Shown: piece by piece, positions 51,422 through 61,123 of the stretch
How the letters are laid out: each line of letters opens with the position of its first letter
Numbering within the stretch: the stretch's first letter is position 1
Source of the DNA: Synergistales bacterium
Lineage (GTDB): Bacteria; Synergistota; Synergistia; Synergistales; JAFGMB01
Assembly: GCA_963666205.1 (NCBI GenBank)
Contig: OY762654.1
Location: 2,048,001 to 2,112,000 of the forward strand
Reading direction: 5' to 3'
Length of the DNA: 64,000 nt
Translations under genes and position numbers: made by a program
The notes under the pieces: model-generated
What the model was told of the DNA's origin: nothing
What the model saw: the letters and a program-made list of their open reading frames with translations, nothing else
Databases searched by the model: none

Positions 51422-51539
51422 ATCTATTTCACCTTGCCAGAAAATGAATAGGGGTATCAGGTGTTAATTCTGTATTTTAACAGTTTACTATGATATGGTG
51501 GGTATCTCAAGGGATGAATGTAACCATAGTATTAATAGT

Positions 51540-52056
51540 ATACATACGGTTAAAATCAAGGTCTGACCCCATTATTACTAAAGTATCGATATACGCTGGA
51601 GATCGATAATTGCTAGCCTTGGAAACCCATGACAATTTGAAAAATGTATCATTTTTCCGGGAATGGGAAAAAGTCACAGGCAAGATTACAAAAGTTTGCC
51701 GGTGGCTTGTTTCCATTGCAAACTTGCAAAAATTCCACCTTTGCAGGTATGTCATGGGTTCTGTAAGTAACAAGGTTTTATGATTTCCTCAGCGTACCTC
51801 TGCGTAGACTCAAGTCCTCTGCGTCCCCTGCGGTAAAATGGCGTTCTAAAGGGTTGCAACTTTATGTTAATGTTTTCCTCCGTGGTGAGAAAGGATTCTT
51901 GGTTTAGCTTAACGCTTCTCGATCGTGAAAAATGGAGTTTCTTTTTTCGCAGCATCACAAGGAGTGTCAAGGGCCGCAGGTCCGACCGTCCACGGTTTGT
52001 TTAGATGGGTTTTGGCGGATTTGTGTCTTTGCGGTGAGATGTTTTTTTGACTTTGA
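51540..52056. repeat. composite non-coding element, copy B/D
   Basis: Left end is the inverted 34-bp element (51540-51573). Internal CCTC(A/T)GCGT repeats (about 51787-51836). Homology to 58104-58185 at about 51866-51958. Also GTCCGACCGTCC (51980-51991), TTTTGGCGGATTTGTGTCTTTGCGGTGAGAT (52010-52040) and TTTTTTGACTTTGA. Confidence 0.85.
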
Positions 52057-52073
52057 CCTCTTTTTTCATTAAT

Positions 52074-52271
52074 TTACTGCATGAACAGAAAGTAGATAAG
52101 GCCGTGGACCAGTCCGGCGAGGATGGCCCCAAGACCGCACCATTTATGTATCTTCAGAACCCTGGGTCCTTTCATGAACCTGCGGAAAAAGGGTCCGAAT
52201 AACCCTGTTGCTCCTGCTGTCAGCATGAGAATTACCGTTAACCTTCCCGACCATGTAAAAAGACCGAACAT
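52074..52271 (-). CDS. small two-TM membrane protein
   Basis: AAGGGGG RBS; hydrophobic helices with His residues (IHKWCG...VHG), a cytochrome b561-like fragment pattern. Confidence 0.6.
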   Translation of the reverse strand: MFGLFTWSGRLTVILMLTAGATGLFGPFFRRFMKGPRVLKIHKWCGLGAILAGLVHGLIYFLFMQ

Positions 52272-52628
52272 AACTGTTTTCCCCCTTCTGTGTCCTGAAA
52301 TCCATAAAGCCTTTAATATGATACCACGAGGAAGATGTATTCCTTTAATATGTGCTTATTTTATGTGTTTAAAATCTCTGTTATGATGTAAAGACTCCCG
52401 GGATTGGAACTTTGATTAGCCTGGATAGTTTCCGAATGCAAGGGAAGGGTGATAGATTTGCTGCCTATTCCTTTTACCTGCTTCTTCTGTATTTGTTAAG
52501 GGAGACTTTTCTTCAGAGATGATCCAGCCTCTTTATTGTTCAGGGTATCTGTTGCGGCGTCTTTTGTCTTGACCATTATGAAAACCAGAATAGAACAAGC
52601 CTTGTTCAATACAGAGAGGTGATTACGG

Positions 52629-55202
52629 ATGTCTTGGGAGATTGAGGCCAGAGACCCCAATTTATGGGAAGCATTGTTATCCGTCAGGGGTAACTCTGAC
52701 AGCAGGCTAGCCTTGTTGTCAGCAGAGGGAAGAGAGAGTGCTTTTTCCCAACTGGCGGACTATGTGAGAAGTGCTGCCGTAGACCTGTGCAAATGGGGTA
52801 TCCTTAAAAATCACAGGATCGCCCTTGTAACAGATAACGGTCCCCATGCAGTTACCGCGTTCCTGTCTGTGTTCAGCACATGTACCTGTTTTCCACAGAA
52901 TCCATCCTCCCAGCTGGATGAGTGTATCCGTTATATGGAAGAGAGCGGGGTATCAGGAGTCCTTCACCAGGCAGACCTCGAAACGAATTTCATGGAAGCT
53001 GCATGTCACCTGCAGATTCCTGTCATTTATTTTTCCCCGAAAGATGAATTCCCGGGACTTCTATCTATATCAGATCCGCCCTTCATGAAAGGCCAGGGAG
53101 AAGAAAAACCCTCCGGAGACGATATCGCTATCATCCTCCAGACCTCTGGGACAACTTCCAGGCCTAAAATAGTCCCTTTCTCCCACAAAAGACTCATCGG
53201 GACAGCCCTATCATTTGGGGAGTCTCTCGGCCTGACCGAACAAGACAGGACCGTGAATGTAACGCCTCTTTTTCATGGATACGGGCTGAACACGGTGGTT
53301 CTTGCCACTCTTTTTTCGGGAGGGTCGGTGATTTGCTGCCGGGAGTTCCCCTTTGAAAAATTTCGGGAGATCCTTGAAAAGATGGTTCCGACCTGGTTTT
53401 CAGCTGTACCCACGGTTCTTCAATCCATCGCGGAAGATGCTTCAGGAAGGGAAATAAAGCACAAGCTGCGTTTTATCAGATCAGGTTCCTCAGCCCTTGC
53501 ATCTTCAGTAGCTGATCAGCTGGAAAAGTCCTTCCGTGTTCCCGTTGTTGAGGCATATGCGACCACTGAAACTGTCCTTATAGCAAGTAACCCCGTTGAT
53601 ATGAAGAAAAGAAAGAGGGGTTCTGCAGGTATCCCGGCAGGTTGTGAAGTTGCAATTATGGATCATTCCGGATCTTTTGTTTCTTCTCCCGGAACGGGTG
53701 AAATACTGGTCAAGGGACCCCTCGTGATGTCAGGATATGAAAACAGTCCCGAAGATAATGAAAAAGTGTTCATCCATGGCTGGTACAGGACAGGAGATGA
53801 AGGTTTCCTGGATGAGGAAGGTTTCCTCTATATAACTGGACGGATAAAGGAAATGATCAATCGGGGAGGGGAAAAAGTCTCTCCAGGGGAAATAGATGAA
53901 GTCCTCCTGAGCCACTCCTCTGTAGTTCAGGCCGTTGCTTTCCCGTTCCCCCATGCAACTCTGGGGGAAGATATTGCAGCGGCGGTTGTCCTGCGGGATG
54001 GATATACCCTTACAGGATCTCAACTGAGAACCTTTGTGGCCTCAAAGCTGGCTCCTTTCAAGGTACCCTCAAGGATCGTTATTCTTCCAGAGATACCAGA
54101 GGGACCTACAGGAAAATTTGTCCGTCGCAGTCTGGGCGAACTCATCCATTTTACCGAACCTGATAATCGTCCCATTGAAACTGATAATGAAAAGCTGTTG
54201 GCGGCAATATGGAAGGAAACACTTGGTGTGGACCCTCTGGGAGCTGAAGATGATTTCTTTGCCTCGGGAGGTAACTCCCTTCTTGCAGCCCTTTTAGTTG
54301 TAAATATCCAGACGAAAACCGGAGTAGACATTCCTCTGGCTCATATATACATGGCAAGGACTCTTGCCATGATCGCAAAGGAACTGGATAAACCCCCATC
54401 CCCGGAAATGAATGGAAATATGACTCTTATCAAACATGGTGATCCATCCAGCACCCTTTACTGTGTATTTTCCGAGGAGGACGAAGTTTCTGTGAACTTT
54501 GGAGGGATTGCCTCAACTCTCCAGGAACATGTACGGGTCGCAGGTATTGAAAAACCGGATCCGGAGTATTTCCAGACCATTGAAGAGGAAGCCCTTTATG
54601 TTGCAGAGGAGATCCTCCAGGATCGGCAGGAAGGGCCTTTCCATATTACCGGTTTCTGTTACGGGGGAATGATAGCTTTTAAAGTTGCTCAGATCCTCGA
54701 AGAAAGAGGCCATAAAGTATATTGCTGCCTTATCGATATTCCTTTCTATAAAAGCAGGCTCAGGTATTACCTTGAATACGGTACCTATTTCTGTCTGGCC
54801 AGGTTCAAATGGTTATATTCCCATGGAAATCAGAAATTGAAGGAGAGGTTGAGAAAAAATGCAAGAAAGTTCCACATCAAAACATTCTGGTCAGATCAGG
54901 GGTATTTCAGGGGCCATTGCATACAGATAGCAGGGAAATTTGTCCTCTCCAGCGATCTCTACAACGGATACTCTGAATATTTCATGCAGCATTTCGATCA
55001 TATCGATAATGTCAGCGTTGATAAGGACCATTTGCAGATGCTGAAAGGACCTGCCTCGGTGGAGATAGGCAAAGCCATAAGTCAATGGTTCTGTCAGGAA
55101 AAAGTTTCAACATGCAGAAGTGGAAATCTGATGGAGAGTCCTGATGAGAGTACAGAGAATGACATGGTTCTGGAAAAAACCATATCAGTTCACGGCGGTT
55201 AA
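52629..55202 (+). CDS. stand-alone NRPS-like protein (adenylation - carrier - thioesterase)
   Basis: A domain TSGTTSRPK, YATTE, WYRTGD, GRIKEMINRGGEK, GPTGK; carrier domain DDFFASGGNSLLA; TE domain GFCYGG...DHLQML. Confidence 0.88.
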   Translation: MSWEIEARDPNLWEALLSVRGNSDSRLALLSAEGRESAFSQLADYVRSAAVDLCKWGILKNHRIALVTDNGPHAVTAFLSVFSTCTCFPQNPSSQLDECIRYMEESGVSGVLHQADLETNFMEAACHLQIPVIYFSPKDEFPGLLSISDPPFMKGQGEEKPSGDDIAIILQTSGTTSRPKIVPFSHKRLIGTALSFGESLGLTEQDRTVNVTPLFHGYGLNTVVLATLFSGGSVICCREFPFEKFREILEKMVPTWFSAVPTVLQSIAEDASGREIKHKLRFIRSGSSALASSVADQLEKSFRVPVVEAYATTETVLIASNPVDMKKRKRGSAGIPAGCEVAIMDHSGSFVSSPGTGEILVKGPLVMSGYENSPEDNEKVFIHGWYRTGDEGFLDEEGFLYITGRIKEMINRGGEKVSPGEIDEVLLSHSSVVQAVAFPFPHATLGEDIAAAVVLRDGYTLTGSQLRTFVASKLAPFKVPSRIVILPEIPEGPTGKFVRRSLGELIHFTEPDNRPIETDNEKLLAAIWKETLGVDPLGAEDDFFASGGNSLLAALLVVNIQTKTGVDIPLAHIYMARTLAMIAKELDKPPSPEMNGNMTLIKHGDPSSTLYCVFSEEDEVSVNFGGIASTLQEHVRVAGIEKPDPEYFQTIEEEALYVAEEILQDRQEGPFHITGFCYGGMIAFKVAQILEERGHKVYCCLIDIPFYKSRLRYYLEYGTYFCLARFKWLYSHGNQKLKERLRKNARKFHIKTFWSDQGYFRGHCIQIAGKFVLSSDLYNGYSEYFMQHFDHIDNVSVDKDHLQMLKGPASVEIGKAISQWFCQEKVSTCRSGNLMESPDESTENDMVLEKTISVHGG

Positions 55203-55257
55203 TGAGACAGAGAGAGAATGAACAAATTCTAAAATATCCTGACAAAGGGGTGCCATC

Positions 55258-56703
55258 ATGCATTTTACTTCTTCTATCTGGGTAGTAACGGCAGGTTATC
55301 TTGCAGTATCGCTATTTATAGGAACATGGGCTTCGAGCAGAGGTCAGTCCAGTTATGAACATTACACCATCGGTGACAAAAAACTCCGTTACTGGCATAT
55401 CATGTTCACCTTTTTTGCTACTTCATTCGGTGCTGGAAACATATTGGGAAATGCCGATAAGGCCTACAAGGTGGGGTTGCCATGGATAGCCTACATCCTG
55501 GGAGCCCAGGGGTCCAAGATCCTTTTTGCCGTCTTTCTTGTGGGTTTTCTGGCACGTTACAGATACAAGAGCCTGGCAGAGTTCACCAATGAGATCATCG
55601 TAAAAGATAAAGTGACCAGGATCCTATCAGCCCTTCTGCTATGCGGTCCATGTATTGCATGGACAGGAGCCCAGGCCATGGGTGTTGGACTGCTCTTCAA
55701 GTATTTTACAGGAGCTGATCCGACCCTGGTGGTAGTTGTTACTGCAATGGTCTTTATCCTGTATACGACCATCGGAGGGATCGAAGCGGTTGTCTGGACA
55801 GATCTCTTTCAGGGTGCGCTCATCTCTTTCCTCGCCTTGTTCTATTATTATTTCGCTTTTAAGGCCATCAACTTCGATTTTGCTTTTCTTGCCAGGGAGC
55901 TCCAGGCCATAGACCCTGGACTCTGGGATCTCAGCAGGATCAGCGGGGTAAAGGTCCTCAGCCTTTTCCTGACCGCGGCCATGGGTACGATAGTCCTGCA
56001 GGTCTTCTGGCAGCGCTGTTTTGCTGCTCAAAAACCGTCTGAGGCAAGAAATGGAATGATCTTCACCGGTGTACTGGCCATGATCTTTGTCAGCTGTACG
56101 GCATTGGCCGGCATGATCGTCCGTGTACTTAACCCGGAACTTAACACGGGTGTAGGGGCATGGATGATGAAGGAACTGCTGCCCCAGTGGGCAGCCCTCC
56201 TGATGTTCGTATTTCTCATAGCTGCTACAATGTCCACTGCAGATTCTAACCTGAATTCAGCAGCGGTCTGCATAATAAATGATATAGTCTTGCCTTTCTG
56301 TCCGAATGTATCCGATAGAACAAAGGTAAGGATGACAATGGCTGTAACAGTTTCGATAGGAATATTCGCAGTTCTGGGGACAATGTATTTCAAATACCTC
56401 ATGGATTATGTCAACTTTGCCTATACTATAGCCGGAGGGACTTTATGCCCTCTCATAATAGTTGGCCTCTTATGGCGATGGGATAAAAAAGCACCCTATT
56501 CGCACAGCAATTCCAGGATCACCCCCATGGCAGCAAAGATATCCCTTATAGCCGGTTCCGTCGTGGCTCTTCTTTTCTCCCTGGTACCGGAGCTTAAATC
56601 CATTTTCGGAGGAGGGGTAATACCTGCAGGGATGGTAACAACAGCCCTTCTCTTTATAGTGTCTTCTTTTGCCCGAAAGCCTTCAGCCATCCAGGATGTA
56701 TGA
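55258..56703 (+). CDS. sodium:solute symporter (SSS) family protein
   Basis: FATSFGAG, YTTIGGIEAVVWTDLFQG, WQRCFAA, AATMSTADS motifs. Confidence 0.93.
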   Translation: MHFTSSIWVVTAGYLAVSLFIGTWASSRGQSSYEHYTIGDKKLRYWHIMFTFFATSFGAGNILGNADKAYKVGLPWIAYILGAQGSKILFAVFLVGFLARYRYKSLAEFTNEIIVKDKVTRILSALLLCGPCIAWTGAQAMGVGLLFKYFTGADPTLVVVVTAMVFILYTTIGGIEAVVWTDLFQGALISFLALFYYYFAFKAINFDFAFLARELQAIDPGLWDLSRISGVKVLSLFLTAAMGTIVLQVFWQRCFAAQKPSEARNGMIFTGVLAMIFVSCTALAGMIVRVLNPELNTGVGAWMMKELLPQWAALLMFVFLIAATMSTADSNLNSAAVCIINDIVLPFCPNVSDRTKVRMTMAVTVSIGIFAVLGTMYFKYLMDYVNFAYTIAGGTLCPLIIVGLLWRWDKKAPYSHSNSRITPMAAKISLIAGSVVALLFSLVPELKSIFGGGVIPAGMVTTALLFIVSSFARKPSAIQDV

Positions 56704-56781
56704 CAGATATGATTTGAGATCCGTAAGTGGTAAAACTGCTGAAAAGGCAGAAGACTTTTCAGCATGAACAAGCTTCATAAA

Positions 56782-56819
56782 ATCAGGGGGCCTCTATTCT
56801 GATAGCAGGCCCCCTTGAT
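56782..56819. terminator. stem-loop between convergent genes
   Basis: ATCAGGGGGCCT / AGGCCCCCTTGAT. Confidence 0.6.
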
Positions 56820-56881
56820 CATTGTCTACTAATTTCAGGAAATGTAAAAGAATGTTCCTGTAATACCAGGGTGTTCTTCGA

Positions 56882-57877
56882 TCACGCTTCTTTGAGGTAA
56901 CGTGCAAGGAATATATCCGGCTTATGCAGCAGGAGATAACCCTTGAGCCAGGTTTCCGGCTTCATCTTGAAACAGTAAAAGGATTGGCTTCTGCGGATGA
57001 GATCAAGATACTGCGGATCTGAAAGAGAATCCCGGAACGTCTCCTTTTCTCCGGATCGAAGGGCCAGTGCAAGATCTTTTATGGCAGAGTGGGGTATCTT
57101 GTACTTATCGACCACGTCTATAAGGTTTCTGGAAGCATTGTTATCTTCAAAGAAGGAGAGGAGGGTTGAAAACATTCCCAATTCAACTTTAGCCCTGTTA
57201 CGAAGAGCCCCTGGTTGTTTTGTCTGCTGTCCCTCCCATTGGACATAATGGAAAAGCACATCATCCATACAGGTCACTTTCCCGGAGTGAAACAGGGTAA
57301 TGGCGGTAAATAACTGATCTTCCCCATAATTCACCCCTTCGTCAAAGCGTATGTTATTTTTCCTTAGAATACTGGCTCTGAGAAGGATCCGCCCCATCTG
57401 TATGGTAAGTTTATCCTTGATGAGAAACCTGTGAAGTAATTCCAGTCCGGTTTTTTCCTTTGTGAATAAAAGTTCGGATCTTTTGATGTTTCTGATGAAC
57501 CTGTTATCCCCATCTACGATATCCAGGCCACAGAATACGGCGTCGCTCTGTTCACGGATCGCCCTGTCATGAAGCTTGTACAGGTAATCAGTTTCAAAGC
57601 GGTCATCACAATCGCAAAAAATAACGAAGTTTCCCGTGGATAATTCGAAAGCCCTGTTCCTGGCTGCAGAAACACCCCTGTTTGTTCCCTCTGATACCAG
57701 TTTCCATTCCAGCCCGTTGTCTCGTATAAAAGAAGAAACGATCTCTGCGGTATTATCTTCAGAACCATCGTCAACAATAATGAGCTCAAAATCCCTGAAG
57801 CTCTGTCTAGCAAAATCATTCAGGGTTTTTTCGATTACAGAACCGGCATTGAAAGCAGGCATGAGTACACTTATCAA
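56882..57877 (-). CDS. GT2 glycosyltransferase
   Basis: ISVLMPAFN, VDDGSEDNT, NRGVSAARN, FCDCDD, YGED motifs. Confidence 0.92.
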   Translation of the reverse strand: MISVLMPAFNAGSVIEKTLNDFARQSFRDFELIIVDDGSEDNTAEIVSSFIRDNGLEWKLVSEGTNRGVSAARNRAFELSTGNFVIFCDCDDRFETDYLYKLHDRAIREQSDAVFCGLDIVDGDNRFIRNIKRSELLFTKEKTGLELLHRFLIKDKLTIQMGRILLRASILRKNNIRFDEGVNYGEDQLFTAITLFHSGKVTCMDDVLFHYVQWEGQQTKQPGALRNRAKVELGMFSTLLSFFEDNNASRNLIDVVDKYKIPHSAIKDLALALRSGEKETFRDSLSDPQYLDLIRRSQSFYCFKMKPETWLKGYLLLHKPDIFLARYLKEA

Positions 57878-57977
57878 GGAATTACACTCTCCAGACGAAC
57901 AGATTTAAGAAAATTTTCCTGCCGGGTGACATGACTGGAAACATGATTTTCCCACATATCTGGAGTTATTAACAGCA

Positions 57978-58321
57978 TCTGACCCCATTATTGCTTCTGG
58001 CCTGCAGATTTTCCTGGCACAAATCTACGATTTCGTCCCTCCCCAAAACCTGGATCGTAGTGTCCGCTTCAGCCCACCGATAGCCTGAACAATTTCCCCA
58101 AGGGTTATGCCTTCCTCTGTGGTGAATCGATTTTGGATTTTTGATTTTATCGTGCAAAACCGGTCCATCATTTTGCGCAGCACACCATTGTTTATGAAAG
58201 TCTTTCCTTCTGGGTCGATGGTTTTCGCACTGAAGGTTTGTGCGAAAGTCCGACCGTCCCCGATTTATTCATGGTTTTTGGCGGATTTGTGTCTTTGCGG
58301 TGAGATATTTTTTGACTTTGA
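57978..58321. repeat. composite non-coding element, copy C/E (direct orientation to 51540-52056)
   Basis: TCTGACCCCATTATT (57978-57992, identical to 51562-51576); GTCCGACCGTCC (58248-58259); 31-bp block identical to copy B/D (58276-58306); TTTTTTGACTTTGA; hairpin TTTCGCAC-N9-GTGCGAAA (58223-58247). Confidence 0.85.
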
Positions 58322-58429
58322 ACTTGTTTCCCTCTATATCTCTTCCACCTGTTTGACAGCATCACTTTACCCGGATATTATGAAAATAGGTAAAATTATT
58401 TATAAAACATACAAAAGGGAGGAAATATC

Positions 58430-58987
58430 ATGAAAAGAAAAACACTCATCAGTACCATGCTCATTATCGGTTTTATCGCTGTGCCCTTCATATTTTCACC
58501 TTCCTCCCGGGCAGAGGCTACATCTCCCCCATGCGAACTTTTCACCCGGGAAGATGCAGAAGCCCTTTTCGGCGAGGAGGTCTCCGAAGGTGTTCTTCGC
58601 GATGCCGTATCACCGGCAGGACAGTCCTGCCGTTACTCATTCATGGACGCTTTCGGCATCACCCTGAGGGTTGCCACTACCGAAGCAATTGTCGAGGAAG
58701 GAATCTACGATTCGGCAAAGGATGTTTTTGAGCGTCAGGTTAAGGCTAGAAAGGCCAGTGCAAATGCATCAAAAAAATACAATGAACTCGAAAACCTGGG
58801 TGACGGAGCCTTCTGGGAAGGAACATCCCTTTGGGTGCTTGAAGGAGATGTGCTTCTGATCTTCAAAGTCAACTCGGTTCTTGAAGGTTCCTTCGAAAGC
58901 AGGGAGGCCCTTGATGAGGCAAAGGAAGCGCAGAACCTGGAACTCTCTTTGAAAGCTGCTGAAACTGTTCTGTCACGGCTGGAGTGA
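58430..58987 (+). CDS. secreted hypothetical protein
   Basis: GGAGG RBS, signal peptide, PCELFT...C...LGDGAFW pattern (DUF3558-like, tentative). Confidence 0.7.
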   Translation: MKRKTLISTMLIIGFIAVPFIFSPSSRAEATSPPCELFTREDAEALFGEEVSEGVLRDAVSPAGQSCRYSFMDAFGITLRVATTEAIVEEGIYDSAKDVFERQVKARKASANASKKYNELENLGDGAFWEGTSLWVLEGDVLLIFKVNSVLEGSFESREALDEAKEAQNLELSLKAAETVLSRLE

Positions 58988-59070
58988 ACATCTCCTGTTA
59001 TATACCATGGAGGACCCATACCATATAAGTGTGGATCCTGTTCCGGAATATTGCAAAAAGGAGGAATATC

Positions 59071-60141
59071 ATGGGAAGGTCTTTTAGCGCCATCACGGTT
59101 ATATTGGCGGTTATCCTGTTTTTCCCCATACTTTCTCTCGCAGAGGTCCCCATGGCGGACCTGCAGGGCTCCCAGGACAGCCCCTTACTGGGACGTTACG
59201 AAGGCTCCATCATTGTTTCCTTCGAGCACAAGAACTTCAACGAATTTACCATGCCCCTCTCCGCACTGGAACCGGTGAAGGAAAAGAGGGATCCCCGTAA
59301 CAATATCCTCTTCGAACCGAAAGAGAAGAAAACCCTCGAAGGGGAGTACTGGCGTCTGGTCTACCTTGTACCACAAGGAGTTTCCCCTCTTGAAGTTCTG
59401 AGAAACTACCAGGAGGAGATCCAGGCAAAAGGCGGAGAGATCCTTTATGAATGCAAAAGCAGCGAGTGCGGCGGAGCCCCTGAGAGGGGGAGCAGCGGCG
59501 GAGGTGGGGACATGAGCCTTGCCATGTATCTCCGGCCTGACGAAATGATAAAGGATGCCCATTTTTCGCCCGGATCCTGCGCACAGAGGGAATGGATCTC
59601 CGACCAGCGCTATACAGTGGGTGTACTGAGCGACAGCGGTGCCCATGTTTCGGTGCTTACATACACCTTGAAAGCCGGACACTCCTGCAGGGACTTCGAT
59701 GGACGGACCATTGCCGCTGTGGACATTATCCAGCCTCAAAAACGTGAACAGAAGATGGTTACCGTCAAAGCTGAAGAAATGGCTGGGGAGATATCCACCA
59801 AGGGAAGCATAGCCCTGTACGGCATATACTTCGATACCGGCAAATGGAACATAAAACCTGAATCGAATTCTACCCTTCAAGAGATAGCCAGGCTTCTCGG
59901 TGGAAACCCCGAAATGAAACTGCTGGTAGTGGGCCATACTGATAACGCCGGGACTTTTGAATTCAACATGGACCTGTCCCGTAAACGCGCTGATTCTGTG
60001 GTTAACGCCCTGGTGAGCCAGTACGGCATTGAGAAAGTCCGCCTGATGCCCGTGGGAGTTTCTTTTGCATGCCCCGTGGCATCCAATAAAACGGAAGAGG
60101 GAAAGGCAGAGAACCGCCGGGTAGAACTGGTGGAGAACTGA
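59071..60141 (+). CDS. DUF4892-like domain plus OmpA C-terminal peptidoglycan-binding domain
   Basis: GSQDSPLLGRYEGS, SPLEVLRNY, LYGIYFDTG, VGHTD, NRRVELV motifs; ATG 59071 follows AGGAGG. Confidence 0.88.
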   Translation: MGRSFSAITVILAVILFFPILSLAEVPMADLQGSQDSPLLGRYEGSIIVSFEHKNFNEFTMPLSALEPVKEKRDPRNNILFEPKEKKTLEGEYWRLVYLVPQGVSPLEVLRNYQEEIQAKGGEILYECKSSECGGAPERGSSGGGGDMSLAMYLRPDEMIKDAHFSPGSCAQREWISDQRYTVGVLSDSGAHVSVLTYTLKAGHSCRDFDGRTIAAVDIIQPQKREQKMVTVKAEEMAGEISTKGSIALYGIYFDTGKWNIKPESNSTLQEIARLLGGNPEMKLLVVGHTDNAGTFEFNMDLSRKRADSVVNALVSQYGIEKVRLMPVGVSFACPVASNKTEEGKAENRRVELVEN

Positions 60142-60156
60142 CAAGGGAGTGTTAGT

Positions 60157-60603
60157 TTGGGAAATAAGGATATGCAGCAGGAAAGGCTTATGCTGATCCT
60201 TCAGGGTCTGCCCTCGATAAAGGATCTTGCCCTGTGGTTCAAGAAAAGCCATGAAAGGGAATACCTGGACTTTGTTCCCACTGATATACCCCAGGACTTT
60301 CTTTCATATGGAGGTTTTATGGGTTTTTATCTTGTTGCAGAAGAAGACCAGCTTTACATTTACCTTCCCACCGTTACCCGGGATGGACAGACTCCAGTTC
60401 CATCAACCAGGTTATGGAAAAAATGCGACCTTACTGAAACTAATAACGATCATCTCAGGGAATTATTGATAGAGGCACTTCAGACAAGACTGAACGAGTT
60501 CAACCCGTGTAAATATTGCGGAAGATACTTCCCCCCGGAGTACAGATATGATGAAAACATTTGTCAGGGCTGTGCTGAAGAGCACCTGGGATTAGTGCAT
60601 TGA
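60157..60603 (+). CDS. hypothetical protein with C-terminal CxxC...CxxC zinc motif
   Basis: CKYC...CQGC; GGGAG RBS. Confidence 0.7.
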   Translation: MGNKDMQQERLMLILQGLPSIKDLALWFKKSHEREYLDFVPTDIPQDFLSYGGFMGFYLVAEEDQLYIYLPTVTRDGQTPVPSTRLWKKCDLTETNNDHLRELLIEALQTRLNEFNPCKYCGRYFPPEYRYDENICQGCAEEHLGLVH

Positions 60604-60679
60604 GGGGGGTATATGTAGATACTCAGGCAATCGGCTTTGGCCATCCTGAATTCTGATCAGAAAGCAGGTAACCAGAGAA

Positions 60680-60907
60680 ATGAAAAAGATCAATAAGGAT
60701 AAACCTGGGAATGAAAAAAGGTATCACTTGATAGGCTGGAGTTTATTTGTAACAGGAGTTCTGTTCTTTATCGCCTCACGGTGGATTGGTCAAAATACCT
60801 TGAAACTCGTAGGTACTTTCATTTTTTCACTGGCCTGCGCCTCTTTTCTTACCCCCATGCTCTGGCCAGACAAAAATAAAGATCATGAATCAATAGATGA
60901 TCTGTAA
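60680..60907 (+). CDS. small two-TM membrane protein
   Basis: GWSLFV...FFIAS...GTFIFSLAC hydrophobic pair. Confidence 0.55.
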   Translation: MKKINKDKPGNEKRYHLIGWSLFVTGVLFFIASRWIGQNTLKLVGTFIFSLACASFLTPMLWPDKNKDHESIDDL

Positions 60908-61003
60908 GAAATAACTGAAGTATTTCCCTTTCCGGCCTACCCGAACCCGTCCATCCTTTTAAAGTTTAATCCTTGCCCACTGATTCCTCACACCTAATGT
61001 ACG

Positions 61004-61027
61004 AGGCCTTGCATGCACGGTTTTGTA
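61004..61027 (+). repeat. degenerate direct copy of the 61570 element
   Basis: AGGCCTTGCATGCACGGTTTTGTA vs AGGCCTTGCGTGTACGGTTTTGCA (61576-61599), 21/24 identical. Confidence 0.75.
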
Positions 61028-61123
61028 GTGCTATCCAGTGTGTGGGTCATGTTTAGAAAAGGAGATATCTACATTCTTCTGGTGGAAAATCGTTCTTATT
61101 CGGATACCTGGATCTTAAGATCC

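Noticed and set aside
44141-51573. Tn3-family transposon interpretation (GGGG-starting inverted repeats)
   Set aside because: No transposase or resolvase, no 5-bp target duplication, and the repeats lack the TAAG-type inner end I would expect for Tn3 38-bp IRs.
58025-58250. Minus-strand frame with EEGITLGEIVQAIGG, reminiscent of a transposase C-terminal HTH
   Set aside because: Too short, no HUH motif, and not conserved as protein in the homologous element at 51540-52056.
58107-58433. 108-aa plus-strand ORF
   Set aside because: Runs through the non-coding repeat; no RBS; not preserved in the other copy.
59185-60252. 355-aa minus-strand ORF
   Set aside because: Antisense shadow of the OmpA-domain gene.
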